Assembly (NCBI GenBank): GCA_028707815.1
Contig: JAQWAE010000006.1
Location: 3,426 to 67,425 of the forward strand
DNA length: 64,000 nucleotides
Reading direction: 5' to 3'
Origin: Bacteroidales bacterium
Lineage (GTDB): Bacteria; Bacteroidota; Bacteroidia; Bacteroidales; BM520
A program made the translations under genes and the position numbers. Shown here in pieces: positions 8,669 to 18,868 of the stretch. Each line of letters begins with the position of its first letter. Within the stretch, counting starts at the first letter, position 1. The notes beneath the pieces are model-generated. The model had not been told where the DNA came from, made no database searches, and saw only the letters and a program-made list of their open reading frames with translations.

Positions 8669-10687
8669 TCACAAAACTATCTCTATAGTTGAGCCATTGT
8701 CAATTAAGTAGTTAATGCCCTCTTCACCGTTTTCAATAACGACATTAATTTTCTGTCCTTTTCTACTGATTTTAATGTTATATACTTTGTTGCTGCAAGC
8801 ATGTATGTTACTGATATTCATATAATTCCATCTGTCAGGCAGTTGTGGCGTAAGATTAAAGCTGTTAAATCCTGTCGGACGTATGCCGAAGAGTCCTTCG
8901 GTGATAACACGACAATATAAGCCGCTTTCTGCCGATAAATGCCGTTGACTGCCTTCGGGGCAGGCTTCAATGGGGTAGGGAACATGCTCACCCAAAAGCC
9001 GCTGACGAGAATAATACTCTAAATGATTTATGGCTTCTTCTCTGCTACCCGCAGCAAATGTGCCTCTTAAAGCGTATAAAGTGGCTCTGTCCCAATAAAT
9101 TGCATCGCCTGATTCTGTAAGTATGCCGTCTTTGGTCCAAAGTTGCGGCGAAAACAGAGCTTCCGCAGTACCCGAAGCTCTGTCAAAAATACCAACAGTC
9201 AACGGTATACATATCCACGCCCGCAATTTGTCATTACCGTCATAATATCTGTAAGTATCATAACCTTCTACTTCATCACCAAAATAATTGTTAATGGATT
9301 TTTTCAGCTTTTTAGCTGTCTTAAGATATTGATTGTTTTGATGTCCAAAAAGTTCTTTACTGATATAAGATGCTGAAATCAGCGCATCATAATATAAACT
9401 TGAGGTACATAAATTGGCATCTCCTGAAGGGAAACGTCCTTCGAGTTCATCGGTATCGGAAGCGACAACGCCGTCTTTTGTAGTTTTAAACTTACAATAC
9501 TCCAAGCACCACGAAATCAACGGATACAGTTCATGCGCTTCCTGTTTATCACCTCTTGCCAAAGCATAGCGAGAAGCACCATAAGCTATCATCGCCGCAT
9601 CGCCTCTGTCTCCGGCTCCGTTCCAGATGTCAGTACCTTCTGCTATTATAGAACTCGGAATAGGAGAGTAGTCATCATTGATATATCTTTTAAAATGCCT
9701 AAATGAGTTTATTGCAGATTTGTTGCCTATATCATATCCAAGGAAAGGAAAAAACGGGTTAACATACTCCGCCTGATCGTTAGCCCAAATTGCAGCATAA
9801 TAAGATTCGCCACCCGGACCGTGCATGTAGCCGCCTTTGGTCTTATAAATACTTTCCGAAGCACGAATCTTGGCAAAGAAAAATTCTGCATTTATAATGC
9901 TGTCCGGCGAATCGAAAATCAGATTATCGGCAATAAATTTAACAAAAGCTGCTCGCTTGTTTTCTTCCGTATTGTAATCAGAAACTGCCTGAACATCTTT
10001 ATATGCTTGTATTACAACATCAAAATACATGATTTCGTCTGGAGCTAATTTTGTTATGCCTTCTCCCGATATAATTTGACTTTCTATGGTATAACTGCCT
10101 TCAACACCATCTTCAGGTAAAGTATTATATGTGTCGTTATGATTTGGAATGTTTATAGTCAATGTCTTATTGCCAATATTTTTAACAGCATAACGCTCAC
10201 ATAGCACAGCCAAATCTTTTGAAGGAAATATAGTCCTCGTAATTTCTATTGACGGTTTCAAAACTTTTTCTTTTGCTGCTCCTATATTTTTATTGTTGAT
10301 AGTATAATTACTTTTGATTATCAACTTTCCGTCTATGATTATTTCCTGAACTTTTTCATCTCTTAAAGCCATGCCATTAGCAATGATAAGTGATGTATAA
10401 TCAATGGATAATCTTTGCATCAAACTTGCATGGGTGTTATTTGGTATTGTTCTTAACATTGGCCAAATTAAAGAGCGTTCGTATTGTAAGGAGCCATCGC
10501 TATTTACGCCATAGCGCAAGACGACAGATATTTGTTCTCCGCTCATTTCAATATGGTCGTAATGCGGCAAATTGTCGGTTATTGTCCATGTTATTTTATC
10601 AACATCTGTAATTTTCCATCTGTCTTGAGATTGTGTATAAACTACAATTGGGAATAAAAGATATAAGAAGATAAATATTTTTTTCAT
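8669..10687 (-). CDS. secreted six-hairpin ((alpha/alpha)6) glycoside-hydrolase-like protein, family not assigned
   Basis: Signal peptide MKKIFIFLYLLFPIVVYTQ (ATG 10687 preferred, which removes the overlap with the upstream gene). The C-terminal half has a helical-repeat pattern with acidic residues, resembling debranching-enzyme or rhamnosidase-type folds. No family-specific motif recognised. Confidence 0.45.
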   Translation of the reverse strand: MKKIFIFLYLLFPIVVYTQSQDRWKITDVDKITWTITDNLPHYDHIEMSGEQISVVLRYGVNSDGSLQYERSLIWPMLRTIPNNTHASLMQRLSIDYTSLIIANGMALRDEKVQEIIIDGKLIIKSNYTINNKNIGAAKEKVLKPSIEITRTIFPSKDLAVLCERYAVKNIGNKTLTINIPNHNDTYNTLPEDGVEGSYTIESQIISGEGITKLAPDEIMYFDVVIQAYKDVQAVSDYNTEENKRAAFVKFIADNLIFDSPDSIINAEFFFAKIRASESIYKTKGGYMHGPGGESYYAAIWANDQAEYVNPFFPFLGYDIGNKSAINSFRHFKRYINDDYSPIPSSIIAEGTDIWNGAGDRGDAAMIAYGASRYALARGDKQEAHELYPLISWCLEYCKFKTTKDGVVASDTDELEGRFPSGDANLCTSSLYYDALISASYISKELFGHQNNQYLKTAKKLKKSINNYFGDEVEGYDTYRYYDGNDKLRAWICIPLTVGIFDRASGTAEALFSPQLWTKDGILTESGDAIYWDRATLYALRGTFAAGSREEAINHLEYYSRQRLLGEHVPYPIEACPEGSQRHLSAESGLYCRVITEGLFGIRPTGFNSFNLTPQLPDRWNYMNISNIHACSNKVYNIKISRKGQKINVVIENGEEGINYLIDNGSTIEIVL

Positions 10688-10694
10688 GTGTTTG

Positions 10695-11435
10695 CTAATC
10701 TTTTGTTGTAACATTCATTTTTTCCCAGAGGCAATTAGGAGCCAATCGCCAGAAAAATATAATTATAGCATATCTAAAGTCTATAATTTTTACTCTTCTT
10801 TTAGCATTGATGGCTTTGTAGATGATAGCTGATGCGTATTTTTTATCCATCAATAACAATTTATTGTATTTATGTTTGAGTAAATCCGTGTTTACAAAGC
10901 CGGGGCGGATGTCTGTAAATTTTATTTTCAATTTACGTATATGAGACAATTGTGCCAGACTTTGCAAATATATGCTCTGAAATCTTTTTGATGCGGAGTA
11001 AGAAGGTGTAACACCCAAGCCTTTAGTTCCGGCGACAGAAGTAATTGCAGCAATATGTCCGTAACCTTGCTCTGCAAATATGTTAAATGCTGTATCTATC
11101 ATCCGTGTGAAGCCAATGCAATTTGTTTGAACAGTGTTCATCTCTATTTTCTCATCTAAATAAAAATTCTGAGAGCCAACTCCTGAAACATGTATATAAC
11201 AATCTATGCCGCCAACTTCTGTCACTAACTCTTTGAGCAAATCTCCCGATTCTTTTGTTGTTATGTCTATTACTTTGACAAATACTTTATCAGGCTGCAA
11301 TGCCTGTAATTCTTCTAACACTTTTTCACGTCTTCCTATTACGCCTACTTTATTGCCGGCTTCAATATATTTTTTAGCCAATTCGTATCCCATGCCGGAG
11401 GTCGCTCCGGCTATAATTATTCTTTTGTGTGTCAT
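10695..11435 (-). CDS. short-chain dehydrogenase/reductase (SDR)
   Basis: GATSGMGYELA (TGxxxGxG) and YSASK (YxxxK) motifs. Confidence 0.8.
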   Translation of the reverse strand: MTHKRIIIAGATSGMGYELAKKYIEAGNKVGVIGRREKVLEELQALQPDKVFVKVIDITTKESGDLLKELVTEVGGIDCYIHVSGVGSQNFYLDEKIEMNTVQTNCIGFTRMIDTAFNIFAEQGYGHIAAITSVAGTKGLGVTPSYSASKRFQSIYLQSLAQLSHIRKLKIKFTDIRPGFVNTDLLKHKYNKLLLMDKKYASAIIYKAINAKRRVKIIDFRYAIIIFFWRLAPNCLWEKMNVTTKD

Positions 11436-11448
11436 TTCGATTCTTATC

Positions 11449-12828
11449 TCAATTTATAAATACACTTTGTTGCTCCTGTTCTAACTTATTCAGGATATTA
11501 AACACGGTATAATATTTTTTCCCCCATAAGTATTGCTGTACGTAATTATATAAGGTATCATTCAATTTATTTTCATGTTTTGCCAAGCAATAAGCGTAAT
11601 TGGCAACTTTAAAGTTGTCATCTAAAACAGCATTTATAACAAAGCGTGTTTCAATATTTTCAACTTGTTTGGTATTTATCAGAGGTGCAATTTTTTTTGG
11701 TATGTTACCTACATTAAATTCATTGTTGTTCAGAACGAGAATAGTATTTTTATATTCAGGAAAGCGATGATAGCTTGTTCTAAAACCTTCCCATATTCCA
11801 TTATGATATATTGCAGTGTTGTTATCGATTTTTTTGATTCTGAAGCCGTATCCGTATGGTATTGTTCTGTTTTTGCTTGTGTGAGTGGGCGTAAATGCTT
11901 CATCTAATACTTCTTGTGGTAATGCGGAATATTCGTATAACGCCTTATCCCATTTGTACATATCCCAACTTGTTGTATATACGCCTTTATCGCCAACAAT
12001 TCCGTCATGTACAGATGGTTCAATTTTGTATAATCTGTTACGCCTTCGAGCAAAGCCGTCTAATGGTTTGATGTTTTGGTTGCCGCTGGTACCTATAAAA
12101 GTATTTTTCATGTCGAGCGGCGCAAAAAAGTTCTCTTCCATATATTCGGGAAAACTTTCATGAGTAATGGATTCTACTACTGAAGCAAGAACGGCGTAGC
12201 CTGTATTGGAATAATCGTATCTCTTGCCCGGCGTAAAGTATGGTGACATTTTCTCTTCCGCAATGATACGCATTAGTGTTTGGTTGTCGGGAAGTATGGA
12301 ATCGTTGTTCCAGACTTTTTCCAATAAATACATATAATTACTTAGTCCGCCGGTATGGTTGAGCAATTGCTGTATAGTAACTTCTTCGTAAGGAAAATCT
12401 GTAATATATTTACTGACTCTGTCAGTATAATCAAGCATATCCTCAGATTTAAGTTTCATGATGGCAGCTGCCGTAAATTGCTTGCTTACAGATGCAAGCT
12501 GGAAAGACATGTTGGTATTCAGAAGTTTTTTTGAACAACCCGGACAATCGTAGCCGTTAGCTTCATTATAAATAATATCTCCATAATAAACCACCATTAC
12601 AACGCCTTGAAAGCCTGTAACGGCACAATAGCGTTTCATCGTCTGAGAAATTTCGGAATATGTTGCAGGACAAAGATGTTGTGTAATATATAATCTGTCT
12701 TCTAATGAAACAGTTTGCTCTGTCTCATTAGGCTTAATATCTATAAGCTTGATAGGATAAGTTATGCCAATGAAGAAGATGGCAAATGCTATAGCGTATA
12801 TGATTATATTTAATCTTTTTTTGCGCAT
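11449..12828 (-). CDS. membrane-anchored serine hydrolase (class C beta-lactamase / PBP-like family)
   Basis: N-terminal TM segment, SxxK motif (ASVSKQF), YxN motif (YSNTGY). Confidence 0.75.
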   Translation of the reverse strand: MRKKRLNIIIYAIAFAIFFIGITYPIKLIDIKPNETEQTVSLEDRLYITQHLCPATYSEISQTMKRYCAVTGFQGVVMVVYYGDIIYNEANGYDCPGCSKKLLNTNMSFQLASVSKQFTAAAIMKLKSEDMLDYTDRVSKYITDFPYEEVTIQQLLNHTGGLSNYMYLLEKVWNNDSILPDNQTLMRIIAEEKMSPYFTPGKRYDYSNTGYAVLASVVESITHESFPEYMEENFFAPLDMKNTFIGTSGNQNIKPLDGFARRRNRLYKIEPSVHDGIVGDKGVYTTSWDMYKWDKALYEYSALPQEVLDEAFTPTHTSKNRTIPYGYGFRIKKIDNNTAIYHNGIWEGFRTSYHRFPEYKNTILVLNNNEFNVGNIPKKIAPLINTKQVENIETRFVINAVLDDNFKVANYAYCLAKHENKLNDTLYNYVQQYLWGKKYYTVFNILNKLEQEQQSVFIN

Positions 12829-12840
12829 AGCAGCTGCTGT

Positions 12841-13818
12841 CTAATATTTTTTCAACATCTCCAACAACTTCTGAATGTCGGGTGTTAAAATAATTTCAGT
12901 TCTTCTGTTCTTGGCTTTAGATGCCGGCGTAGAATTGTCGGTGATAGGTAAATATTCACCATGCCCGCAGGCTGTTAATCGAGTAGGTGCTATATTCTTG
13001 TTTTCCAATAATATTTTGACAACACTTGTCGCACGCATTACGCTTAAATCCCAATTGTCTTTCAACTGCCCTTTGCCTGTATATGGCACATTGTCTGTAT
13101 GCCCTTCTATTGATATGTTAATGTCAGGATTGTTCTCCAAAACTTTACCTAAGTTGGATATGGCATTTTTTCCCTCAGCCGATATGGTGTAACTACCTGA
13201 ATTAAAAAGTAAATCTTCCTCCATAGAAACATATATCTTCCCATCTTTTTCTTCTATGTTGATACCTTGGTCGCTGTAATTGATGAGGGCGGAAATGACA
13301 TCGTTTTTCAATGCTTGAAGTTCATTAGATCTTTGTTCAAGAATGTCGTTTAACTCCGATATTTGTTTGTTGCGTTCAGCAACGAGCTGCTTTGATTTTT
13401 TAAGCGCATTTTCTCTTGCAACAAGAGAATCTTCTCTCGCTAATAATTGATTCTGAAGCTCTTGGTAATCCTCCAATAACTTGGCCGACTTTGAATTTAA
13501 GTTGGAGGAAATGTATTCGTTTTCTTTGATTATTGCATCATACTGCTTGGAAAGCTTATTGTATTCCGAAGTTATATCCGACAAGGCTGTTGCCAAACGT
13601 AATGAATCAGCTGCTAATGCTCTAATTTCCTTTTTTAACGATGTAATACTTGAGTTTCTTTCGTTAAGTGCTTCTTCAATACTCCTTTGCTGGTCAAGCA
13701 TTTTGTTGGCTCTGTCGTTGCAATTTGCTTCTAAATCTTTAAATTGTTTTGTCGGAACACAAGAAATTAATAATGAACTTAATGCTAAAACTATTGCTAA
13801 AAAATTAAATCTTTTCAT
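12841..13818 (-). CDS. OmpA/MotB-domain lipoprotein with long coiled coil
   Basis: Lipobox LLISC. About 170 aa of heptad-like coiled coil. OmpA_C motif ISIEGHTDNVPY...NWDLSVMRATSVV...NRRTEIIL. Confidence 0.8.
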   Translation of the reverse strand: MKRFNFLAIVLALSSLLISCVPTKQFKDLEANCNDRANKMLDQQRSIEEALNERNSSITSLKKEIRALAADSLRLATALSDITSEYNKLSKQYDAIIKENEYISSNLNSKSAKLLEDYQELQNQLLAREDSLVARENALKKSKQLVAERNKQISELNDILEQRSNELQALKNDVISALINYSDQGINIEEKDGKIYVSMEEDLLFNSGSYTISAEGKNAISNLGKVLENNPDINISIEGHTDNVPYTGKGQLKDNWDLSVMRATSVVKILLENKNIAPTRLTACGHGEYLPITDNSTPASKAKNRRTEIILTPDIQKLLEMLKKY

Positions 13819-13941
13819 ATTATTATTTGTTTTTTTGCGGCTTTCCGTAGAAAGCCAGTGTTATTCAACCAACTATCTTCATTAAATTTTATACATTTTA
13901 TATAACGACTTTCTTTGTATAAAATTTTGTGTTTTAAAAAT

Positions 13942-15306
13942 TTAACCGAATAACAATCTAAACACCTCATCGATGCGGTTCAGACCGATTATTTCTATAT
14001 TGTTTTTTGACAAGTTCAATTTTTCCAATCCGAAGCCGGCAACTATCATTTTGTTAAATCCGATTTTTGCAGCTTCGGACAGTCGTTTTTCTATATGACT
14101 TACAGGTCTTATCTCGCCTGACAGTCCGATTTCTCCGGCGAAGCAATATTCGTGGTTTAGCGGTATGTCGACAGTAGAGGATAGAACGGCACATACAACG
14201 GCAAGGTCAATTGCAGGGTCGTCAACTTTTATGCCTCCGGTGATGTTTAAAAACACATCTTTTGAAGATAATTTGAAGTTGCATCTTTTCTCTAATACTG
14301 CTAGCAGCATGTTGAGCCTTCGAAAGTCAAAGCCGGTAGTTGTGCGTTGCGGCGCTCCATAAGCCGCACTGCTGACCAAAGCCTGTACCTCTATTATAAT
14401 GGGACGCATGCCTTCAATAGTTGCAGCATGACTTATTCCACTCAGATTTTCAGTGTTCTGCGACAACAAAATCTCCGATGGATTGCTAACCTCGACCAAG
14501 CCGTTTTGCTGCATTAAATACATACCGAGTTCGGAAGCCGACCCAAAACGATTTTTTATCGTCCTCAAAATTCGGTATCCGTAATTTTTCTCTCCTTCAA
14601 ACATAATGACTCCATCAACAATATGCTCTAATATTTTCGGTCCTGCTATCGAACCGTCCTTAGTAATATGCCCGATTAAAAAGACAGGAATATTCGATGA
14701 TTTAGCATACTGTTGAAATTGTGATGTACATTCGCGTATTTGTGAAATGCTCCCTGCTGAGGTCTCAAAATTGCGATTGTAAATCGTTTGTATGGAATCT
14801 ATGATGATGATGTCCGGAGCAAGCATTCTTGCCTTGTCTAAAATGACATCTATATCGGTTTCACTTAACAAATATATATTACTGTTGCCTTTGCAAATTC
14901 GGTCGTAGCGCATCTTTATTTGCTGTTTGCTTTCTTCACCACTGACGTACAGCACTTTAAGCTCTGAAAGACTGTCCGAAATTTGCAACATCAAAGTGGA
15001 TTTGCCTATTCCCGGTTCGCCGCCAACCAAAACTATTGAACCTCTCACTATGCCGCCACCAAGAACTCTGTTAAATTCATTGTCTTTAGATACAATTCTA
15101 AATTTGTCGTCCTCCGAAACTACATCCGTTATCAATACAGGAAAAGATTTCTTGACATCTTTGTCAACAGTTCTAATATTTTTAGATACGCTGACAACTT
15201 CTTCGGTCATGGTGTTCCATTCATTACAATTGGGACATTTTCCGAGCCATTTCATACTCTCATGACCGCAATTTGAACAAACGTAAACAATTTTATCTTT
15301 TGCCAT
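13942..15306 (-). CDS. radA: DNA repair protein RadA/Sms
   Basis: Zn finger CSNCGHESMKWLGKCPNCNEW, Walker A GEPGIGKST, KNRFG motif, Lon-like C-terminus. Confidence 0.95.
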   Translation of the reverse strand: MAKDKIVYVCSNCGHESMKWLGKCPNCNEWNTMTEEVVSVSKNIRTVDKDVKKSFPVLITDVVSEDDKFRIVSKDNEFNRVLGGGIVRGSIVLVGGEPGIGKSTLMLQISDSLSELKVLYVSGEESKQQIKMRYDRICKGNSNIYLLSETDIDVILDKARMLAPDIIIIDSIQTIYNRNFETSAGSISQIRECTSQFQQYAKSSNIPVFLIGHITKDGSIAGPKILEHIVDGVIMFEGEKNYGYRILRTIKNRFGSASELGMYLMQQNGLVEVSNPSEILLSQNTENLSGISHAATIEGMRPIIIEVQALVSSAAYGAPQRTTTGFDFRRLNMLLAVLEKRCNFKLSSKDVFLNITGGIKVDDPAIDLAVVCAVLSSTVDIPLNHEYCFAGEIGLSGEIRPVSHIEKRLSEAAKIGFNKMIVAGFGLEKLNLSKNNIEIIGLNRIDEVFRLLFG

Positions 15307-15312
15307 GGCTGA

Positions 15313-15801
15313 TTATTTTTCCGAATTACGAATTTTATTGATAATTGATGAAGTAGAGTAGCCTTCGAGAAATGGAATAATCTCTATAATGCCGCCGTAA
15401 GACTTGACAAAATCGGCACCGACAATGTTGTCGGCAATGTAGTCTCCACCTTTGACTAATACATTAGGTTTCAATGCTTTAATCAGATTCAGCGGAGTGT
15501 TTTCGTCAAATATTATCACATAATCAACAAACGACATTGCAGCGAGTACTGACGCACGCGATAACTGGTCGTTTATAGGTCTGCCATCTCCTTTCAAACG
15601 TTTAACGGAAGCATCGCTGTTTAAGCCTACTACAAGAATATCTCCAAGCAAACGAGCTTTATACAAATAATCTGTATGACCGGCATGGATTATGTCAAAA
15701 CAGCCGTTAGTAAATACTAATTTTTTACCTGAAGCTATAGACGGTAATTCATTGGAAACAAATATTTTATTCTTTGGAGGCATCATCTTTTTGAACAACA
15801 A
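15313..15801 (-). CDS. D-glycero-beta-D-manno-heptose-1-phosphate adenylyltransferase-like cytidylyltransferase (RfaE domain II type)
   Basis: [12 protein letters not shown] (HxGH nucleotidyltransferase motif) and ~160 aa size. The start is uncertain; alternative ATGs lie at 15786 and 15783. Confidence 0.75.
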   Translation of the reverse strand: MLFKKMMPPKNKIFVSNELPSIASGKKLVFTNGCFDIIHAGHTDYLYKARLLGDILVVGLNSDASVKRLKGDGRPINDQLSRASVLAAMSFVDYVIIFDENTPLNLIKALKPNVLVKGGDYIADNIVGADFVKSYGGIIEIIPFLEGYSTSSIINKIRNSEK

Positions 15802-16819
15802 TATTTTTATGATTATTTATAATAGGTAAAGCAATCAGCGAAATTATGCCGGCAATTATCACAATTATGGTTTGATTCAGCCATATCAGCCAGCCCATCG
15901 CATAGCCTATAGCTGAAGTAACGCCGTATACCAAAAGTACTTCGGATACTATCCACGGATAAATGCCGATGCCGCCCTGTACTAAAATTACACCTATAGT
16001 GCTGAAAACAAGTGACGAAAGAGCTGCATCATATCCTAAATGTGAGGTCTCGGGTAAACACAGAAATACAAATCTCGTCATGTAAAAATAGCATACCCAT
16101 AATAATAAGGTGTGAAAAATAAAAGTGAAAGGACGTTTAATATATATAATAGATTTTATACCGTCCCAAAATCCTTTAATCGTATTGTTGATTTTAACTA
16201 CAATTTTGTTATTTGGATTTTTTTTCCATAATATAATGTATCCGGCAACAACAACAACAACAGCAATTAAAAGTATCAGTAATATTGTCCATCCGTTAAA
16301 GTTGGAGTAGCTGTTTTGTATTGGAGCAATAATTTTATCATTCAAATATTGCTGAAGTGCGTTAAATTGTATCAATAGATTTATGACAAAAAGCAATAAA
16401 AACATTATCATGTCAAAAACTCTTTCGGTGATTACCGTTCCGAAGGATTTTGCGAATGGGATTTTTTCATATTTTGTGAGCAGTCCGCATCTTGTAACTT
16501 CGCCAAGTCGAGGTATTGCTAAATTTGCAAAATAAGCAATCAGAACAGACATAAACACATTGAGATAACGCGGTTTATATCCCATTGGCTCCATTAAGAT
16601 TATCCAACGGGAAGTTCTTGCCACATTACTTAAAATACCGAAAGCGATACCAACAAACAGCCAGCCGTATTTAATATTTTTAAGAGAAATAAAAATTTCG
16701 TTTATTTCTTCCGGCGTTAATTTTCTGACGAACAGCCAGATTAATAAAACGCCTATACCTAAAAAAATTACAAATTTAAGGATGTCTTTGATGATGCTTT
16801 TTTGTCTCTTTTGTGCCAT
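15767..16819 (-). CDS. lysylphosphatidylglycerol-synthase-TM-region-like (UPF0104 / flippase-like) membrane protein
   Basis: About 8 TM segments. Start set to [12 protein letters not shown] (ATG 16819). The 51-codon N-terminal extension in the ORF track runs through a terminator hairpin and into the ferredoxin gene. Confidence 0.65.
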   Translation of the reverse strand: MAQKRQKSIIKDILKFVIFLGIGVLLIWLFVRKLTPEEINEIFISLKNIKYGWLFVGIAFGILSNVARTSRWIILMEPMGYKPRYLNVFMSVLIAYFANLAIPRLGEVTRCGLLTKYEKIPFAKSFGTVITERVFDMIMFLLLFVINLLIQFNALQQYLNDKIIAPIQNSYSNFNGWTILLILLIAVVVVVAGYIILWKKNPNNKIVVKINNTIKGFWDGIKSIIYIKRPFTFIFHTLLLWVCYFYMTRFVFLCLPETSHLGYDAALSSLVFSTIGVILVQGGIGIYPWIVSEVLLVYGVTSAIGYAMGWLIWLNQTIIVIIAGIISLIALPIINNHKNIVVQKDDASKE

Positions 16820-16860
16820 TACTTTTGCAATATTAAGTGTATTTGAACAATTGTTGATAT

Positions 16861-16891
16861 AAAAAAGCCCGAATATTGTCCGGGCTTTTTT
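16861..16891. terminator. intrinsic terminator (bidirectional shape) downstream of the mini-ferredoxin gene
   Basis: Stem AGCCCG/CGGGCT (16866-16871 / 16881-16886) with a 9-nt loop, flanked by A6 and T6. Confidence 0.65.
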
Positions 16892-16911
16892 ACTAAGAAA
16901 AAATGTTTTTT

Positions 16912-17079
16912 TTATTCCGGGTGAATTGCTTCTGCCGGACAAACAGCTGCGCATGAGCCACATTCTGTACAAATATCCGGATCTATTTTATAAATATCAC
17001 CTTCAGAAATAGCTTCAACGGGACATTCATCAATACAAGTTCCGCAAGCCAAACATTCATCACTAATTACATAAGCCAT
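16912..17079 (-). CDS. 55-aa 2x[4Fe-4S] ferredoxin
   Basis: Below the ORF-track size cut-off. Hand translation gives MAYVISDECLACGTCIDECPVEAISEGDIYKIDPDICTECGSCAAVCPAEAIHPE*, with two CxxCxxCxxxCP clusters. It has its own -7 box and terminator. Confidence 0.85.
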   Translation of the reverse strand: MAYVISDECLACGTCIDECPVEAISEGDIYKIDPDICTECGSCAAVCPAEAIHPE

Positions 17080-17106
17080 GATAATAAAATTTAATGTTTA
17101 GTGCTG

Positions 17107-17114
17107 CAAAGATA
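17107..17114 (-). promoter_or_regulatory. -7 promoter box (TATCTTTG on the minus strand) for the ferredoxin gene
   Basis: CAAAGATA on the plus strand, 28 nt upstream of ATG 17079. Confidence 0.5.
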
Positions 17115-17183
17115 TTAATATCTTTTACAATAAAACGTTTTTTAATGAAAAAAAATTTCATCATGGCAATTGGCTGATTGTCA

Positions 17184-18803
17184 CTATTCTACCACCAACT
17201 TAAAGTTTTTGTCAGAGGTTGATGTGGAAACCTTTATGCTGTAAATTCCTGCTGTCATGCCGGATAAGTTGTGATTGAAAGTTGTATTGTTAACTTTATA
17301 TTCTGCAATTTTTTTACCTATACAGTTAAATATAACAACACTATTTATAATTTCTGATGAAGTAATTGTAAACTGTTCGTTTGCCGGATTAGGAAATACT
17401 TTGATAGAGTTTGACATGTTTGAAATGCCAAGTATTACTGTTTGGCATGCTTCATTTGAATAGTCGCTGGTAATACCGTTGTCACAAGCTGTTGCAACTT
17501 TATAGCAATAATCGCCGATAGCCATTGCTTCGTCTGTATATGTGTTTGTAGTTACAGCTGCAATATTCTCGCCGTCACGGGAAACTATATATTCTACTGC
17601 ACCTTCTACTGCTGTCCAATTCAGCACTATGTTATTGTCGTTTTCGAGAGTAGCTGTTAAATCTGTCGGGGCATCACATGTTTCAGGTTCGTCAGCAAAA
17701 TCTATGATAAAAGAAACTTCAGCTCCGGTTGGGTCGATTGCTGCACCTATGGCAAATCTTCCGTCAGCACTTACGCTGTTGATGCTGTAGAAACTCCAGC
17801 TTTGAGCATCTTCCATACCGCGTGCTTCAGCATAATCATTGAAAGACATTACAGTACCATCATTAGTTCTTGCAAAAGCTGTTCTTGCATCCGGCATTGG
17901 AGGCCAGCCTAAACAGGCATATCCAAAAACAGTACCGTCATTAGTAACACAAGTCGGCGTTAAGTCGCCGGTTCCTAAGTCATTTGAGAAAAATGTTATT
18001 TCACCACTTGTTCTTTCCCAGATAAAGCCGTCAGTATCGCTGTAGCCTGTTGCGTACTCTCCATCAGGAGAAACAGACAAAACCTCACCTGTGGATTCAC
18101 TTATCATAGTATATTCACCTTCAACCCATAACGCAGGCATCCAATCTATATGCCCGCCGATAATACTACCGTCATCGCTTAATGCTTCAGGTCTTCCTAC
18201 GTATGTACCGGCAGGAATAGACAACATCTCGTAGCCTACACCGGCTGTCCATTTGAACGGTAATGTCATCCAGTCTGCTGTCCATTGCATACCTACACAA
18301 ATACTGCCTGTGGTATTCATACCCCATAAAGAAGTATAATCTTCCAACGATATTTGAGGATAAGCAGGATTCATACCTAAAAATGTCCACTCTTGGGTAC
18401 TTGATGACCAAAGACCTGCAACATTTGCACCTAAACTGCCATCAAAATATGTCCCGCCAATCATTCCGTCTTCTGATACACAATATATTGACCCCTCGAT
18501 AGCTATAAGACCTGTCGCCTCTGACCAAAAATAACCTGTTTCTGTGCCAAAATCCGAAATAGCAACATATTCTCCTGACTGACTGACATCATAAGGGAAA
18601 AGGTACTGACTAATCAGTGTAGTTACTGTAACACCTGAACTAACGTGCTTGTCAACAATAGATGCCAAACTTTTTTCCGTATTCTCTGTGGGAGATGTGG
18701 AAATTAACATATTGGTTTTTGCACTTCTAATTTGTGCCGTTAAAGATGTGCTGAATAGCATGAATAATACTATTCCACAAAGCATTGTAATCTTTCTTTT
18801 CAT
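17184..18803 (-). CDS. T9SS-secreted protein with HAF-type extracellular repeats, Fn3-like domain and Por/T9SS C-terminal sorting domain
   Basis: Signal peptide. Repeated ..S.DG..(I/V)GG/GY.. units (SEDGMIGGTY, SDDGSIIGGH, SPDGEYATGYS, TNDGTVFGYA, SADGRFAIGAA). CTD KVFPNPANEQFTI...GIYSIKV....KLVVE. Confidence 0.75.
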   Translation of the reverse strand: MKRKITMLCGIVLFMLFSTSLTAQIRSAKTNMLISTSPTENTEKSLASIVDKHVSSGVTVTTLISQYLFPYDVSQSGEYVAISDFGTETGYFWSEATGLIAIEGSIYCVSEDGMIGGTYFDGSLGANVAGLWSSSTQEWTFLGMNPAYPQISLEDYTSLWGMNTTGSICVGMQWTADWMTLPFKWTAGVGYEMLSIPAGTYVGRPEALSDDGSIIGGHIDWMPALWVEGEYTMISESTGEVLSVSPDGEYATGYSDTDGFIWERTSGEITFFSNDLGTGDLTPTCVTNDGTVFGYACLGWPPMPDARTAFARTNDGTVMSFNDYAEARGMEDAQSWSFYSINSVSADGRFAIGAAIDPTGAEVSFIIDFADEPETCDAPTDLTATLENDNNIVLNWTAVEGAVEYIVSRDGENIAAVTTNTYTDEAMAIGDYCYKVATACDNGITSDYSNEACQTVILGISNMSNSIKVFPNPANEQFTITSSEIINSVVIFNCIGKKIAEYKVNNTTFNHNLSGMTAGIYSIKVSTSTSDKNFKLVVE

Positions 18804-18823
18804 ATTGTAATCTTTCTTTTCAT
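18784..18823. repeat. perfect 2 x 20-bp tandem duplication spanning the start codon of the HAF/T9SS gene
   Basis: ATTGTAATCTTTCTTTTCAT occurs at 18784-18803 and again at 18804-18823. Confidence 0.95.
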
Positions 18824-18860
18824 GTTAAAAAATATTAAAAAATTTCTAAATTCAATTTGA

Positions 18861-18868
18861 CAAAAGTA
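18861..18868 (-). promoter_or_regulatory. -7 promoter box (TACTTTTG on the minus strand) for the HAF/T9SS gene
   Basis: CAAAAGTA on the plus strand, 38 nt upstream of the distal ATG (18823). Confidence 0.45.

Noticed and set aside
13839-13856. Hairpin GGCTTTC-CGTA-GAAAGCC between radA and the OmpA/coiled-coil gene.
   Set aside because: On the transcribed (minus) strand it is followed by an A-run, not a U-run. On the plus strand nothing is transcribed towards it. It may be a U-tract-less terminator or an attenuator, but I cannot support either.
16820-16972. N-terminal 51-codon extension of the 401-aa ORF (MYRMWLMRSCLSGRSNSPG...).
   Set aside because: It crosses a clear terminator hairpin (16861-16891) and overlaps the real ferredoxin gene in another frame. 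The membrane protein starts sensibly at ATG 16819.
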